This document shows positions 9,958-21,479 of a DNA stretch of 49,310 nt, one piece after another. A model generated the notes under the pieces. That model was given only the letters and a program-made list of their open reading frames with translations, was not told where the DNA came from and made no database searches. A program made the translations under genes and the position numbers. The stretch is from Bacillus sp. (in: firmicutes) (GTDB lineage: Bacteria > Bacillota > Bacilli > Bacillales > Cytobacillaceae). The stretch covers positions 1 to 49,310 of the forward strand of contig JAIMAD010000001.1 of assembly GCA_023512145.1 (NCBI GenBank), read 5' to 3'. Positions within the stretch are counted from its first letter, which is position 1. Each line of letters begins with the position of its first letter.

Positions 9958-12621
9958 ATGTGGTTTACAAAAAGTCATACGGAGGTTATTGCTGAATTAA
10001 GCACCGACGCTACCACGGGTCTATCAAGTGCTGAGGCCGCAAAACGCTTAGCTTTGGTTGGACCTAATGAATTTACTGAGGACAAAAAGCCGTCCATCTT
10101 TATCTTGTTCTTTGAACAAATAAACAGCTTGCTAATCTACATTTTAATCGCTGCTGCGCTTATTTCGGTTGTTGTTCGTGAATACAGTGATGCAGTCATC
10201 ATTGTTATCGTCATACTACTCAATGCCATTATCGGTGTCATCCAGGAAGCAAAGGCAGAGAAAGCATTAGAAGAGCTAAAGAAGATGACCACCCCAAAAG
10301 CTGTGGTTAAACGCGACGGAGACATTAAAGAAATTCCATCTGAAGTTCTAGTTCCTGGTGATATTGTCCTAATAGATGCAGGCCGGTTTATTCCCGCCGA
10401 TTTGCGCCTGATTGAGACGATTAATTTAAAAATTGAAGAATCATCCTTAACTGGTGAGTCAGTACCTGTGGATAAAGAGGCAAACTGGTTGGGGAGTGAC
10501 GAGATTCCCATTGGTGTTCAACGCAATATGGTATTTATGTCAACATTGTCTACATATGGCCGCGGCGTTGGGGTTGTCACAAATACGGGAATGAAAACTG
10601 AAATAGGAAAAATTGCCGGAATGCTTGGCAATCAAAAACGCGACCTAACTCCATTGCAAGTAAAACTAGCTGAGCTTGGGAAAATAGTTGGAATCGGTGC
10701 AGTCCTCATTTCCGCAGTCATCTTTTTGATAGGGTTTTTTCAAGGCAGAGTAGTACTTGATATGTTCTTAATTGCTGTCAGCCTTGCGGTTGCAGCCATT
10801 CCAGAGGGTCTTCCTGCGATTGTTACGATTGTCCTTGCCCTTGGAGTACAGCGAATGATCAAACGGCAAGCGGTTGTCCGTAAACTTCCTGCTGTCGAAA
10901 CACTTGGAGCGGTAAGCGTCATTTGTTCAGATAAAACCGGGACACTTACACAAAATAAAATGACGGTAACAAAAGTCTTTGTCAACGGCCTCTATGCCCC
11001 ACTGGCATCGATAACTGGGAAAGAAAACAATGAAGATCTTTTTTTTAAAGCAATGGCTTTATGTAATGATGCAGTAGTGACAAAAGAGGAACAATCAGGT
11101 GATCCCACGGAAATCGCCCTTGTTGCAGCTGCATCAAAGCTTGGTTTCGATAAACAGCATTTGGAAAAAAACTATCAACGTATTTTTGAAATTCCCTTTG
11201 ATTCTGAGCGAAAGATGATGACCACCGTTCACCAGCACCAAGATCGCTGTTTTGTAATGGTAAAAGGTGCATTAGAAAGCATCCTCCCTTTAATTTCTCA
11301 TATCAACGAACAGGGTGAAAAGGTTGCCTTCTCGCCTGCCAACAGTGATATCGTAAGTGAACAGGCAAATGCCATGTCAGATGAAGCCTTAAGGGTACTC
11401 GCGATTGCCTACAAAGAAATAACATCTGCTTCAGACCTCACCCAAAAACAACTCGAAAGTGATCTAATACTGCTCGGCCTTACCGGAATGATTGATCCGC
11501 CTCGGGAAGAAGTGAAAGCATCGATCGCACAGTGCAAAAGTGCAGGCATCCGGACTGTGATGATCACTGGTGATCATCAAAAAACAGCCTTAGCAATCGC
11601 CAAAGAGCTCGGAATTGCTACCGAAGAAATAGAAACGATAACAGGTCCAGAACTTAACATACTCAGCGAAAACGAACTAAATGAAAAAGTGAAAAACATC
11701 CTTGTTTATGCCCGCGTGTCCCCCGAGCATAAAGTAAAAATTGTTAAAGCTCTGAAGGCAAACGGAGAGATTACTTCGATGACTGGTGATGGTGTCAATG
11801 ATGCTCCCTCACTGCAGCAGGCCGATGTTGGGGTTGCAATGGGACTGAGTGGTACGGATGTGGCAAAGGGTGCCGCCGACATCGTATTAACGGATGATAA
11901 CTTTGCAACCATCGTTGCGGCAGTCGAGGAAGGCAGAAATATTTACCAAAATATTAAAAAATCGATTCTATTTTTACTATCGTGCAATCTTGGCGAAATT
12001 ATCACTCTCTTCTTTGCCATCTTGCTTGGCTGGCCAGCTCCACTTACGGCAGTACATATTTTGTGGGTAAATTTAATTACCGACACACTACCAGCTATCT
12101 CACTTGGATTGGACCCAGATGATCCAGATGTTATGAAAGAACAACCACGTTCGATTAAAGAAAGCATCTTTGCTCATGGTAGTGGTACCTTTACCGTGAT
12201 TAACGGACTGCTTATTGGATTAATCACTTTATTTGCCTTTATCGCTGGACTGTATGTATATACGGGAGCAGAATCTATTTTTATGATTGACTTTAAAAAT
12301 ATTCCTGCAAATGCGCTCATTCATGCACAGACGATGGCTTTTATTACCTTAAGTGTTTCACAATTATTTCACTCTCTAAACTTAAGACATACTTATAAAT
12401 CTATTTTCCAAGTTGGTTTATTTACCAATAAATTCTTATTAGCTTCAATTTTTTTCGGAATCTTTATTCAAGTTGCACTAGTCAATAGCCCATTATTTAA
12501 CAAAATATTTGAGATTAATGTCTTAACAATGAAGGATTGGCTGATGGTCCTTGCCCTTTCGCTTTTCCCATTGATTTGTAATGAACTGTGGAAAGCAGGA
12601 AAAAGAATCTTTCAAGATTGA
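9958..12621 (+). CDS. P-type ATPase, type IIA (Ca2+/cation transporting)
   Basis: TGES, PEGL, DKTGT, KGA, TGD, GDGVND motifs; LWVNLITD. Confidence 0.95.
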   Translation: MWFTKSHTEVIAELSTDATTGLSSAEAAKRLALVGPNEFTEDKKPSIFILFFEQINSLLIYILIAAALISVVVREYSDAVIIVIVILLNAIIGVIQEAKAEKALEELKKMTTPKAVVKRDGDIKEIPSEVLVPGDIVLIDAGRFIPADLRLIETINLKIEESSLTGESVPVDKEANWLGSDEIPIGVQRNMVFMSTLSTYGRGVGVVTNTGMKTEIGKIAGMLGNQKRDLTPLQVKLAELGKIVGIGAVLISAVIFLIGFFQGRVVLDMFLIAVSLAVAAIPEGLPAIVTIVLALGVQRMIKRQAVVRKLPAVETLGAVSVICSDKTGTLTQNKMTVTKVFVNGLYAPLASITGKENNEDLFFKAMALCNDAVVTKEEQSGDPTEIALVAAASKLGFDKQHLEKNYQRIFEIPFDSERKMMTTVHQHQDRCFVMVKGALESILPLISHINEQGEKVAFSPANSDIVSEQANAMSDEALRVLAIAYKEITSASDLTQKQLESDLILLGLTGMIDPPREEVKASIAQCKSAGIRTVMITGDHQKTALAIAKELGIATEEIETITGPELNILSENELNEKVKNILVYARVSPEHKVKIVKALKANGEITSMTGDGVNDAPSLQQADVGVAMGLSGTDVAKGAADIVLTDDNFATIVAAVEEGRNIYQNIKKSILFLLSCNLGEIITLFFAILLGWPAPLTAVHILWVNLITDTLPAISLGLDPDDPDVMKEQPRSIKESIFAHGSGTFTVINGLLIGLITLFAFIAGLYVYTGAESIFMIDFKNIPANALIHAQTMAFITLSVSQLFHSLNLRHTYKSIFQVGLFTNKFLLASIFFGIFIQVALVNSPLFNKIFEINVLTMKDWLMVLALSLFPLICNELWKAGKRIFQD

Positions 12622-12652
12622 CAGTTGAATTAATCGTTTTACAGTCAAATGA

Positions 12653-12684
12653 GGAAGTACTAAAATGTTAATTTTAGTACTTCC
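12653..12684 (+). terminator. Hairpin after the ATPase gene (probable terminator)
   Basis: GGAAGTACTAAAAT-GTTA-ATTTTAGTACTTCC perfect 14-bp stem; weak U-tract. Confidence 0.55.
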
Positions 12685-13002
12685 GACAAGGAACTGTTCC
12701 ATTAAATTTTATCAACAGAGTATGTGTATTCTGAACCAACAAACAGCCAAAGTGTTAGAGCTGTTTGTTTTGGTTTTTCGTTCGACATCTCGACAAAAAT
12801 CAACATTACTCACGTAGTGACGGTGCACTTGAAGTAAAATATGTTATAATGTAGATAACATCTTTTTTTATAGAGCTGTGACAGTGATAAAAGCTCTTCA
12901 TTTGCGCAAATAGCTCAAAAGCTACAGCAATAACGAATTCAAAGAAAAATTAAGCTTAGATAAACTTGCTATAGAAAAATTAATATAGAAAAGGTGTTAT
13001 AA

Positions 13003-13428
13003 ATGGAAAACTCAATCGAAACCGTTTATTTCTTAGAAAATCCTGAGAAAAATATTATTAAATTTGCAACTGGAACACAAATACGTTATGAGGATGTAAT
13101 CAAAGAGGTTTTTGGTGTGGCGTGCATCAATGATTTACACATGATGATCCAGTATAACAAGAATTTCCAGACAAGTATTTGTAATAGTCACGGCATTAGC
13201 GAAAAGAAAATTACACTAGATAGAGTCCTTCGTGTCGCTTCTAAACTGGATATGCTTCATTTTAAAAAACAATTGATGGATCAGAAAAAAGAAGGTATGG
13301 ATGATGAACCGCTTGAAGTGGATCTTTCCATCCAACGACCCTTTGATTCAACAATTAAGCTTCAAGAGGGCATTTTTCGTTGGGATGACAATAATTTTTC
13401 ATATAATGCAGTAAAACCTGGTGCCTAA
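13003..13428 (+). CDS. Hypothetical protein
   Basis: 141-aa ORF, RBS AAAGGTG, upstream TGTTATAAT, downstream hairpin 13431-13460. Confidence 0.75.
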   Translation: MENSIETVYFLENPEKNIIKFATGTQIRYEDVIKEVFGVACINDLHMMIQYNKNFQTSICNSHGISEKKITLDRVLRVASKLDMLHFKKQLMDQKKEGMDDEPLEVDLSIQRPFDSTIKLQEGIFRWDDNNFSYNAVKPGA

Positions 13429-13598
13429 CACCTTTGTATTAACCTGTTAACATACAAAGGCTAGACGCCTTTTTTTTATTCATTCGAATGGTTAATTTCA
13501 AGTGGAAAATTGATAAGTATCTTGCTGCCTATTTTTAACAAGCAATAACCCGCAATTACTCATTCACCATTTAAATAGTTTCAGCTTGTAAATACACA

Positions 13599-13651
13599 AA
13601 AAGGTGTCAGGCACTATCCACTTTTTTCACGGATGGTGCCTGACACCTTTT
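13599..13651. repeat. Palindromic REP-like element, terminator of the proline dehydrogenase gene
   Basis: AAAAGGTGTCAGGCACTATCC-N11-GGATGGTGCCTGACACCTTTT. Confidence 0.8.
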
Positions 13652-13657
13652 AAATTA

Positions 13658-14638
13658 TCAACGCTTTTTCTTATTTGACTTCGTAATTCTTCCTAATAAA
13701 AATGCCCCAGCCGCAATGCCAACGATTGTGTTTGTCTTTTTATTAAATACTTGTTTGATGACAAGATTAATATTTTGCGGTCTTTCAGCAAGGCGTCTCA
13801 TGAAATATCCGTACCAGTCGGTACCAAAAGGAACGTAGATACAGACTTTGTATCCTTCTTGCGCAAGGTTTAATTGTAGGTCTTTTCTGAAACCATAAAG
13901 CATTTGAAACTCAAATTGATCATAAGGGATGTTATTCGTTTTAACAAAAGCTTTTACATGGTTAATAATTCGATGATCATGTGTTGCAATCGATGTGAAT
14001 TTCCCATTTAGCAAATGCCATTCGGTAATCTTAATTAAATTTTCATCAATATCCTTTTTGTCCTGGTAAGCTATTTCTTCCGACTCTTTATACGCACCTT
14101 TGACCAGACGAATACGATGATCTTTATATTTTTCAACATAATCCAGTGCATGATGGAAATATGACTGAATAACTGTTCCAACATTTTCAAATTCTTGCGA
14201 GAGCTCATCAACAAGCTTAAATGTTTGCTGCATATGGCTATCGTCTTCCATGTCAATATTTACAAAAACATCATATCTATTTGCTTGTTCAACGATTTCT
14301 TTTATGTTTTTTAAACAAAAGTGATAATCAATATCCAAACCAACTTGGGTCGGTTTTAAGGAAATATGTGCATCCACTCTATTCTCATGAATCGCTTTAA
14401 TTACCTTAAGAATTTGTTCCTTGGCAGCGGTTGCCTCTTCTTCTTTAAAAACGAATTCTCCTAAATTATCAACGGTACAAGAGATTCCCTGTGCGTTAAG
14501 TTCCTTAATACTTCTTATCACTTCTGGTATATTTGTACCTGCAACGACAGTTTGTGCACCCAACTTTAACCCATACTTTTTAGCAGTACTATTAAGAAAT
14601 TGGTTTTGGGATAAGCCGATAAAAAAATCTTTTAACAT
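13658..14638 (-). CDS. Proline dehydrogenase (monofunctional PutB/FadM type)
   Basis: DNLGE, ISLKPTQ, IDMED, RLVKGAY, ATHD, EFQMLYG, YFMRRLAERP; start moved to ATG 14638 after RBS GGAG. Confidence 0.93.
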   Translation of the reverse strand: MLKDFFIGLSQNQFLNSTAKKYGLKLGAQTVVAGTNIPEVIRSIKELNAQGISCTVDNLGEFVFKEEEATAAKEQILKVIKAIHENRVDAHISLKPTQVGLDIDYHFCLKNIKEIVEQANRYDVFVNIDMEDDSHMQQTFKLVDELSQEFENVGTVIQSYFHHALDYVEKYKDHRIRLVKGAYKESEEIAYQDKKDIDENLIKITEWHLLNGKFTSIATHDHRIINHVKAFVKTNNIPYDQFEFQMLYGFRKDLQLNLAQEGYKVCIYVPFGTDWYGYFMRRLAERPQNINLVIKQVFNKKTNTIVGIAAGAFLLGRITKSNKKKR

Positions 14639-14878
14639 AGTGATATCTCCCTGCAGATGATTTTTTATCATCATTATAGCATGCGCTTTCATTAAAGTTT
14701 ATTTTGCGAATTTTCCGAAATTGGACACCTGAATTTCTTTTAGAGTTTGTGGGATTTTATAGATATAAAAACCAGGAGAATCGGAAACAATCACAAATTA
14801 CACACCGGAATTTGCTCGCAAAAAAATCGAAGGTACAGATTTGACTAAGTAATAGTGCATGAAAAAAATATTGAAAAT

Positions 14879-14912
14879 AGGCACCATCCATAAAATTGGA
14901 TAGTGCCTGTCA
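14879..14912. repeat. Palindromic REP-like element directly after narI
   Basis: AGGCACCATCCA-TAAAAT-TGGATAGTGCCTGTCA; same arms as 13599-13651. Confidence 0.7.
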
Positions 14913-14920
14913 TCTTTACA

Positions 14921-15607
14921 TTAACTTTTATCATAGCCATTCCGAGATCGGTATTGCTGTGGTGCCCTTGTTGGATAGCGGGCTGGAAAACTAAACATAT
15001 GAACGAGCTGTGTAAACGGGATTGACGCAAACAAGAAAAACGACAAAATAACATGGACCTTAAAAAGAGTTGGTATCCCTAGCATAAGCCCTGACAACGG
15101 GTGGAATGTAAACAAACTTCGAAACCAGGGGCCAATGGTTAGCCGATACTCATAGGCAACAACCGTCGTATTATAAATGAGTGTCATATAGGTGCCCAAT
15201 CCCGCAATAATAATTAACAACCCAATCGTGAAATAATCAGCAAATGTGCTATGTACCCGGACCCTCGGGAATGTTAACTTACGAATAATCAGTAAAATCA
15301 GGCCGAATACAACCATTAGTCCAACAAGTCCACCACCTGTAATCGCAAAAAAGTGGTATGTGTGATCGTCAACACCCATTGCCTCATATACTTCGATTGG
15401 AATCAAAACACCCATTACATGACCCAAAAATGCAAAAATAATCCCATAATGAAAGCTAACAGATCCGATTCGCAACCACTTTTTTTCAAAAATTTCTGTT
15501 GACGGTGCATACCAGCTTTTACCCCTAAAGATAAATCGGTAAAATATACCTACAATCAGGATGGTACCGCATATATAAGGGAAAATGGTCCACCAAAAAA
15601 ATTCCAA
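14921..15607 (-). CDS. narI: Respiratory nitrate reductase gamma subunit (cytochrome b)
   Basis: FHYGII...GH, FKVH...PFTQLVH heme ligands; TTG start at 15607 after RBS AAGGAGG. Confidence 0.93.
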   Translation of the reverse strand: MEFFWWTIFPYICGTILIVGIFYRFIFRGKSWYAPSTEIFEKKWLRIGSVSFHYGIIFAFLGHVMGVLIPIEVYEAMGVDDHTYHFFAITGGGLVGLMVVFGLILLIIRKLTFPRVRVHSTFADYFTIGLLIIIAGLGTYMTLIYNTTVVAYEYRLTIGPWFRSLFTFHPLSGLMLGIPTLFKVHVILSFFLFASIPFTQLVHMFSFPARYPTRAPQQYRSRNGYDKS

Positions 15608-15707
15608 ATCGCCAACCTCCTTACGTAGTAAACAGTTTTGATCTATTAACTTTACCAAGATAACTATCCAAAATCATTGCAATAAGTAAAGTAAAAGGAC
15701 ATCTAAC

Positions 15708-16310
15708 CTATCGATACATCATCGGGTATGGCAATTCCTCCAAATCTGCTTCCTCATGTTCGTTTTCCAAAAGAGCAATTTCCTCTTTTCCTGGAGCTTG
15801 AAAGACATACATCATTAACAGGTTGATTGCCTTGAAATAGGGATTGCTACTCGGTAGGTTGCTCAATAACCGATTAATGGCATAGGCTAGGCGTCGACTC
15901 AGTTTAGTGAAATTCTCTTCCGCGGGTGCGACAGCCATTAGTTCTAAAAGCATTGGAATATAATCAGCCAATTCCTTCCCTTCATATTCATAACCGCCTT
16001 CACAGATGAGCTTTTGTAGCTTTACCAAGGCCGCGCCACGCTTACGACTGTCACCCAACTCATGTGCAGTTAAATAGAGACCTGTCTTTTCCTGATAATC
16101 AAAAGTTTCAACATAAATTTCTTGCAGGTCCTTTCGATCCATTTCATATAGTGGGCGAATTCGCTCCAAAACTTCCGTACGGATTGTTACCGAAGGAATC
16201 TGTTCATTCACAAATTCTTCAATCACAGAATGTTCGTCGAAAAACTCATCATTAGGATAATCTAAAATTCGGGACATGATCACTAAAATTGTCGAAGTTT
16301 CATTGGTCAT
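15708..16310 (-). CDS. narJ: Nitrate reductase molybdenum cofactor assembly chaperone
   Basis: YVETFD...LYLT...GDSRKRG...[11 protein letters not shown]; operon position. Confidence 0.93.
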   Translation of the reverse strand: MTNETSTILVIMSRILDYPNDEFFDEHSVIEEFVNEQIPSVTIRTEVLERIRPLYEMDRKDLQEIYVETFDYQEKTGLYLTAHELGDSRKRGAALVKLQKLICEGGYEYEGKELADYIPMLLELMAVAPAEENFTKLSRRLAYAINRLLSNLPSSNPYFKAINLLMMYVFQAPGKEEIALLENEHEEADLEELPYPMMYR

Positions 16311-17809
16311 TGACTTTCACTTCTCTCAAATGGATAGGTTACTATTCCTTCTGCTGGTGCAAGCTCTTCAATGCTGCATGCCCCTTGCTGATAATGTAAG
16401 TTCTTGTCCATTTCACGCCGCCCTGTTGGAATGACAAAGCGTTCATTATATTTTGCAACCGCAAGTAACCGTGCCATTTCTTCGAGCTCTTCTGGTGGCG
16501 TCTTCGCTTCTTCCAAAAGCTTTCTCACCTTTAGCTTATCGCCTCCCCCAACCGTCTTTTCACGCATATGAACACGCATCGCAGCCATTTTCAACAATAC
16601 GCGGCGAATCACCTGAGTATCGTCGGCAGCTAACATGGAAGCTAAGTATTCCATGGGAATTCTCATTTGATCGACCGCTGGAATATATCCATCCGCACCT
16701 AGATCCTGCTCATTGATAATATGGTTCATAATTGGGCTCAGCGGCGGCACATACCAAACCATTGGCAATGTCCGATATTCTGGGTGCAACGGTAAGGCGA
16801 TTTTCCATTTCATCGCCATCTTATAAACCGGTGAGGCTTGAGCACTTTCAATCCAGCTATGATTAATCCCCTGTTTTTCGGCTTCAGCAATCACCTCAGG
16901 GTCAAACGGATCTAAAAAGACAGAAAGCTGGGCCTCATACAATTCTTTTGGATCTTCAACCAAGGCAGCTTCCTTCACCCTGTCGGCATCATATAACACG
17001 ACGCCGATGTAGCGAATACGCCCAACACAGGTTTCTGAACAAATCGTTGGCAGCCCCGCTTCCGTTCGTGGATAACAGAAATTACATTTCTCTGCTTTAT
17101 GTGTGTTCCAATTGTAGTACACCTTATGATAGGGGCAGCCATTCATACAGAAACGCCAGCCCCGGCAGGCATCCTGATCAACAAGGACAATCCCATCTTC
17201 ATCCCTTTTATATAAGGCACCAGATGGACAAGAGGCAACACAGGACGGATTAAGACAATGCTCACAAATCCTCGGTAAATACATCATGAACGTTTTTTCA
17301 TATTCCATGGCAATATGTTCCTGAAGCTTTTGAACATTCGGATCCATCGGAACCACTTCACTACCACCCGCAAGGTCATCATCCCAGTTAGGGCCCCACT
17401 CTGGTTTATCCAAATACTTACCGGTAATCATGGAGACAGGACGAGCCACAACAATATTCTTTTTCTTCGGGCTCTGATGTAAATTTTGAAAATCATACGT
17501 CCAAGGCTCGTAAAAATCATCCATATCAGCCATATCGGGATTGTAAAAGATATTAGCCAACTTTGAGATTGGTCCGCCCGCTTTTAAATGTAATTTGCCA
17601 TTTCGCAAGGACCAACCACCTTTGTAACGGTCGGTATTTTCCCATTCCTTTGGGTACCCAGGGCCTGGTCGTGTTTCAACATTGTTATACCAGACGTACT
17701 CCATCCCCGGTCGGTTTGTCCAAACATTTTTACAGGTTACAGAACAAGTATGACAGCCAATACATTTATCAAGGTGCATAACCATGGCAACCTGTGCTTT
17801 AATCCTCAA
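16307..17809 (-). CDS. narH: Respiratory nitrate reductase beta subunit
   Basis: [53 protein letters not shown]. Confidence 0.97.
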   Translation of the reverse strand: MRIKAQVAMVMHLDKCIGCHTCSVTCKNVWTNRPGMEYVWYNNVETRPGPGYPKEWENTDRYKGGWSLRNGKLHLKAGGPISKLANIFYNPDMADMDDFYEPWTYDFQNLHQSPKKKNIVVARPVSMITGKYLDKPEWGPNWDDDLAGGSEVVPMDPNVQKLQEHIAMEYEKTFMMYLPRICEHCLNPSCVASCPSGALYKRDEDGIVLVDQDACRGWRFCMNGCPYHKVYYNWNTHKAEKCNFCYPRTEAGLPTICSETCVGRIRYIGVVLYDADRVKEAALVEDPKELYEAQLSVFLDPFDPEVIAEAEKQGINHSWIESAQASPVYKMAMKWKIALPLHPEYRTLPMVWYVPPLSPIMNHIINEQDLGADGYIPAVDQMRIPMEYLASMLAADDTQVIRRVLLKMAAMRVHMREKTVGGGDKLKVRKLLEEAKTPPEELEEMARLLAVAKYNERFVIPTGRREMDKNLHYQQGACSIEELAPAEGIVTYPFERSESQ

Positions 17810-20800
17810 GCCAATCGACCTCCTTTAATGGTCGGACAATCGCCAATGTATCCCGCTGGCTCCCTGTGGGTCCATAATAATTAAATCCATAGCTCAGTTG
17901 GGAATACCCACCAATCATATGGGTTGCTTTCGGATAAATCCTCGTCACACTGTTATGTGTACCACCACGTGTTTTATTAATAGTATTTCCTGGTACTCCC
18001 ATGGTTCGATCTTGGGCATGGTGCATGTAGACAGCCCCGCGCGGCATCCGGTACGTTAAAACGGCCCTTGCCACAACGACGCCATTACGGTTGTATAGTT
18101 CAATCCAATCATTATCCTTAATACCAATTTCTGCGGCATCTTCTTCATTCATCCAGACAACCTGCCAGCCGCGGAACAATTGAATCATATTGGTTGTATC
18201 GGTAAACATGGTATGAATGCCCCACTTTTGGTGTGGTGTCATATAACGAAGCGTAATCGATTTTCCTTGATTTTCAACTTCCTTCTCACCCTTAATAAAA
18301 GGACCTTTTGAAATAGGAGGAATATACAATGGAAGACCTTCGCCATAATCAAGCATGACCTCATGATCCAGATAAAAGCTTTGTCGCCCCGTCAATGTAT
18401 GCCAGGGAATATGGTATTCCTTATTTACTGTAAAGGGCGAATAGCGGCGGTTATCATTCTCCAGACCGCTCCAAACCGGTGTCGATATCGCCTGACGTGG
18501 TTGAATGGTTAACGCATCTAATGTATAATCCTCTTCTTCTCGTCCTTCAGAAATATGAGCTAGTTTCTTACCCGTTTTTTCCTCCATTGACTTCCAGCCC
18601 TCAACCGCACGTTTTCCGTTGGTTGCCCCGGACATAAGTAAGATGGCATTAATTGCATTTTTATCTGAATATAAATCTGGATAGCCTTTTCCAATGCCTT
18701 CATGCTTCGATGTTCCTAATCGGTCAAGTAATTCCTTGTATACTTTATCACCAGGAATACGGACACCCTTTGTTCCATAGCCATTTTTAATATTGGGTCC
18801 GACCGTTATCCACATATCATAGACATGAGGGTAATCTCGTTTCAAGATGGTAAAGTTGGGTAAGGTTTTTCCTGGAATTGCTTCTACTTCACCTTTGCGC
18901 CAATCCTTCACCTTCCCAAATGGTTGGGCAATTTCATTGATTGTGTCATGGGCTAGCGGTGACATAATTAGATCCTCTTGGGCCGGAAGATGTTCCTTAG
19001 CAAGTTCAGAAAAGACCTTGGCAATTTCTCTAAAGGCATCCCAGTCACTCCTTGTATCCCATGGCGGGTTAATTGCCGCATTAAAAGGATGTACAAAGGG
19101 ATGCAGATCAGTACTACTAATATCATATTTTTCGTACCAAGTTGCAGCAGGCAGAATAATATCAGAGAAGAGCCCTGAACTGGTCATCCGGAAATCCATA
19201 CTCACAAATAGATCTGTCTTCCCAACAGGCGGCTTTTCGGAAATATTTACATCTATAGGTTGCCAGGAGTTTTCAATATCTGTTAGGACTGAGTCGTCAG
19301 AGCCGATCAAATGTTTTACAAAGTACTCGTGCCCCTTGCCGCTGTCTCCCAGTAAATTCGAGCGCCAGTTAAAAAAGACACGTGGAAAGTTTCGCGGATC
19401 ATTTGGATTTTCAATCGCAAAATCAAGTGATCCATCCTTCAACTGTTTGACCACATCAGCAAACAATGCTTGGTCATCACTAGTGCGTGCACGGGCATCT
19501 TTCATAATATCTAAAGAATTTTGCGAAAGCTGTGGAAAGCTTGGCAGCCAACCCAGACGTGCTGACATGGCATTAAAATCAGCCGGGTGCATTTTTGCAT
19601 AGTGACTTCCCCAGTCTGTTGGTGAATCATTAGCGTCATATTCATAACGAAATTGCTCCGTGGCAAAATAAAAGAACGATGTACCATTCATGAAACGAGG
19701 TGCTTTTACCCAATCATTGGCAAACGCAATTTGGGAAAATCCCTCCAATGGTCGTACCTTTTCCTGTCCTACATAATGGGCCCAGCCACCACCATTGACA
19801 CCTTGAGAGCCAGTTAATAAAATAAGATTTAAAATTGACCGGTAAATTTGATCACTATGGAACCAATGGTTTGTTCCACCACCCATCGCAATCATTGATT
19901 TCCCCTTGGTCCGGGCTGCGTTTTCAGCAAATTCTCTGGCAACCTGGATGACGTGAGACTTATTCACACCCGTAATACTTTCCTGCCACGCAGGTGTGTA
20001 CGGCTTAAACTCATCATTATAATCGACTGGATAATCGCCTGGAAGTCCCCTATTTATCCCTGTATGTGCAAGCATAAGATCATAGACTGTCGTAACAAGG
20101 ATTTCATTGCCTGCTTGGTCCTTCATACGCTTTACAGGAACTCCACGTTCGCTTTTCCCTCCCTCTTTTTCTGCAAAATAAGGAAACTCGACCATTGCTA
20201 CTTCGCCTTTTTCGTCAAGAAAGCTGAGTTTCGGATTAATTTCCGAACCATCTTCAGCCAACAAATCTAAATTCCATTGATTACTTTCATCCCACCTAAA
20301 CCCTTGACTGCCATTTGGAATCGCAAAGTTTCCCCGAGTGTCATCCCAGACGACGGTTTTCCAATCTCCTAATTTATCTTGGCCAGAAATATCCGAGGAC
20401 CGTAAAAACCGATCAGAACGATAACGGCCATCCTTTTTATTTAAAATGACAAGATAGGGGAGGTCTGTGTATTGTTTTGCATAATCGATAAAATATGGTG
20501 TTTGGTTATCAACATAAAATTCCTTCAAAATGACATGTGTCATTGCCATCGCAAGTGCCCCATCTGTTCCAGCCTTTGCAGGCAGCCACATATCTGCAAA
20601 TTTTTCATATTCTGCATAGTCCGGACTAACCCCGACTACTTTTGTGCCGTTATAGCGTGATTCAACCATAAAGTGGGCATCAGGTGTTCTTGTTTGTGGG
20701 ATATTTGTTCCCCATATGATGAAATACTTGGAGTTATACCAATCGCCACTTTCCGGCACGTCCGTCTGATCGCCCCAAACCTGTGGAGAAGCAGGCGGCA

Positions 20801-21479
20801 AATCAGCATACCAATCGTAAAAGCTTAAAATGGTGCCACCGATTAACGATAAGAACCTCGTCCCGCCAGCATAACTAACCATTGACATCGCAGGAATGGG
20901 ACTAAAACCTACCACTCGATCTGGACCATATTTTTTGATTGTATAAATGGTTGAGGCTGCAATCATTAGACAAACGTCTTGCCACGAGCCTCTGACAAAA
21001 CCACCTTTACCACGCACCTTTACATATTGTGAGCGTTTGTTTGGGTCTGTCACAATATTTTCCCAGGCCAAAACAGGGTCTTTTGCCTTCGTTAGTTCCT
21101 CTTTCCATAACGCAAACAAGTCCCCACGTACGTAAGGATACTTCACACGAGTTGGACTATATGTATACCAGGAAAAGCTGGCACCACGAGGACATCCCCT
21201 CGGTTCGTATTCAGGAAAATCATCGCCAGTTGACGGATAATCCGTTTGTTGGGTTTCCCAAGCGATAATTCCATCCTTGACATGAATTTTCCAGCTGCAA
21301 GAACCGGTACAGTTCACACCATGTGTTGAACGGACTACCTTATCATGCTGCCAACGTTTCCGGTAAACCTCTTCCCAATCACGAGGACGGGGATTCTCTT
21401 CCGTCCACCCATCATTAATACGCTCTCCGCGCACTAAATGCTTCAGTGAATGGAATAGATGGTTCTTTTTAGACTGCAT
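17799..21479 (-). CDS. narG: Respiratory nitrate reductase alpha subunit
   Basis: RSTHGVNCTGSCSW...EPRGCPRG (FS0), SFYDWYADLP, GGGWAHYVGQEK; no Tat signal; ATG 21479 after RBS GGGGTGG (ORF track 21488). Confidence 0.97.
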   Translation of the reverse strand: MQSKKNHLFHSLKHLVRGERINDGWTEENPRPRDWEEVYRKRWQHDKVVRSTHGVNCTGSCSWKIHVKDGIIAWETQQTDYPSTGDDFPEYEPRGCPRGASFSWYTYSPTRVKYPYVRGDLFALWKEELTKAKDPVLAWENIVTDPNKRSQYVKVRGKGGFVRGSWQDVCLMIAASTIYTIKKYGPDRVVGFSPIPAMSMVSYAGGTRFLSLIGGTILSFYDWYADLPPASPQVWGDQTDVPESGDWYNSKYFIIWGTNIPQTRTPDAHFMVESRYNGTKVVGVSPDYAEYEKFADMWLPAKAGTDGALAMAMTHVILKEFYVDNQTPYFIDYAKQYTDLPYLVILNKKDGRYRSDRFLRSSDISGQDKLGDWKTVVWDDTRGNFAIPNGSQGFRWDESNQWNLDLLAEDGSEINPKLSFLDEKGEVAMVEFPYFAEKEGGKSERGVPVKRMKDQAGNEILVTTVYDLMLAHTGINRGLPGDYPVDYNDEFKPYTPAWQESITGVNKSHVIQVAREFAENAARTKGKSMIAMGGGTNHWFHSDQIYRSILNLILLTGSQGVNGGGWAHYVGQEKVRPLEGFSQIAFANDWVKAPRFMNGTSFFYFATEQFRYEYDANDSPTDWGSHYAKMHPADFNAMSARLGWLPSFPQLSQNSLDIMKDARARTSDDQALFADVVKQLKDGSLDFAIENPNDPRNFPRVFFNWRSNLLGDSGKGHEYFVKHLIGSDDSVLTDIENSWQPIDVNISEKPPVGKTDLFVSMDFRMTSSGLFSDIILPAATWYEKYDISSTDLHPFVHPFNAAINPPWDTRSDWDAFREIAKVFSELAKEHLPAQEDLIMSPLAHDTINEIAQPFGKVKDWRKGEVEAIPGKTLPNFTILKRDYPHVYDMWITVGPNIKNGYGTKGVRIPGDKVYKELLDRLGTSKHEGIGKGYPDLYSDKNAINAILLMSGATNGKRAVEGWKSMEEKTGKKLAHISEGREEEDYTLDALTIQPRQAISTPVWSGLENDNRRYSPFTVNKEYHIPWHTLTGRQSFYLDHEVMLDYGEGLPLYIPPISKGPFIKGEKEVENQGKSITLRYMTPHQKWGIHTMFTDTTNMIQLFRGWQVVWMNEEDAAEIGIKDNDWIELYNRNGVVVARAVLTYRMPRGAVYMHHAQDRTMGVPGNTINKTRGGTHNSVTRIYPKATHMIGGYSQLSYGFNYYGPTGSQRDTLAIVRPLKEVDWLED

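Noticed and set aside
12686..12700. ACAAGGAACTGTTCC resembling another Bacillaceae intergenic repeat arm
   Set aside because: Single degenerate copy with no partner in the window
18847..19602. 251-aa plus-strand ORF, and similar antisense ORFs inside the ATPase, ftsZ, ctaB-like, dcuA and other genes
   Set aside because: They lie wholly antisense to well-supported genes, lack RBSs and motifs, and are the expected shadow of codon bias
17799..21479. NarG as nitrite oxidoreductase or periplasmic/perchlorate reductase
   Set aside because: No Tat signal, and the canonical narGHJI order with a NarI-type cytochrome b indicates a cytoplasm-facing Nar
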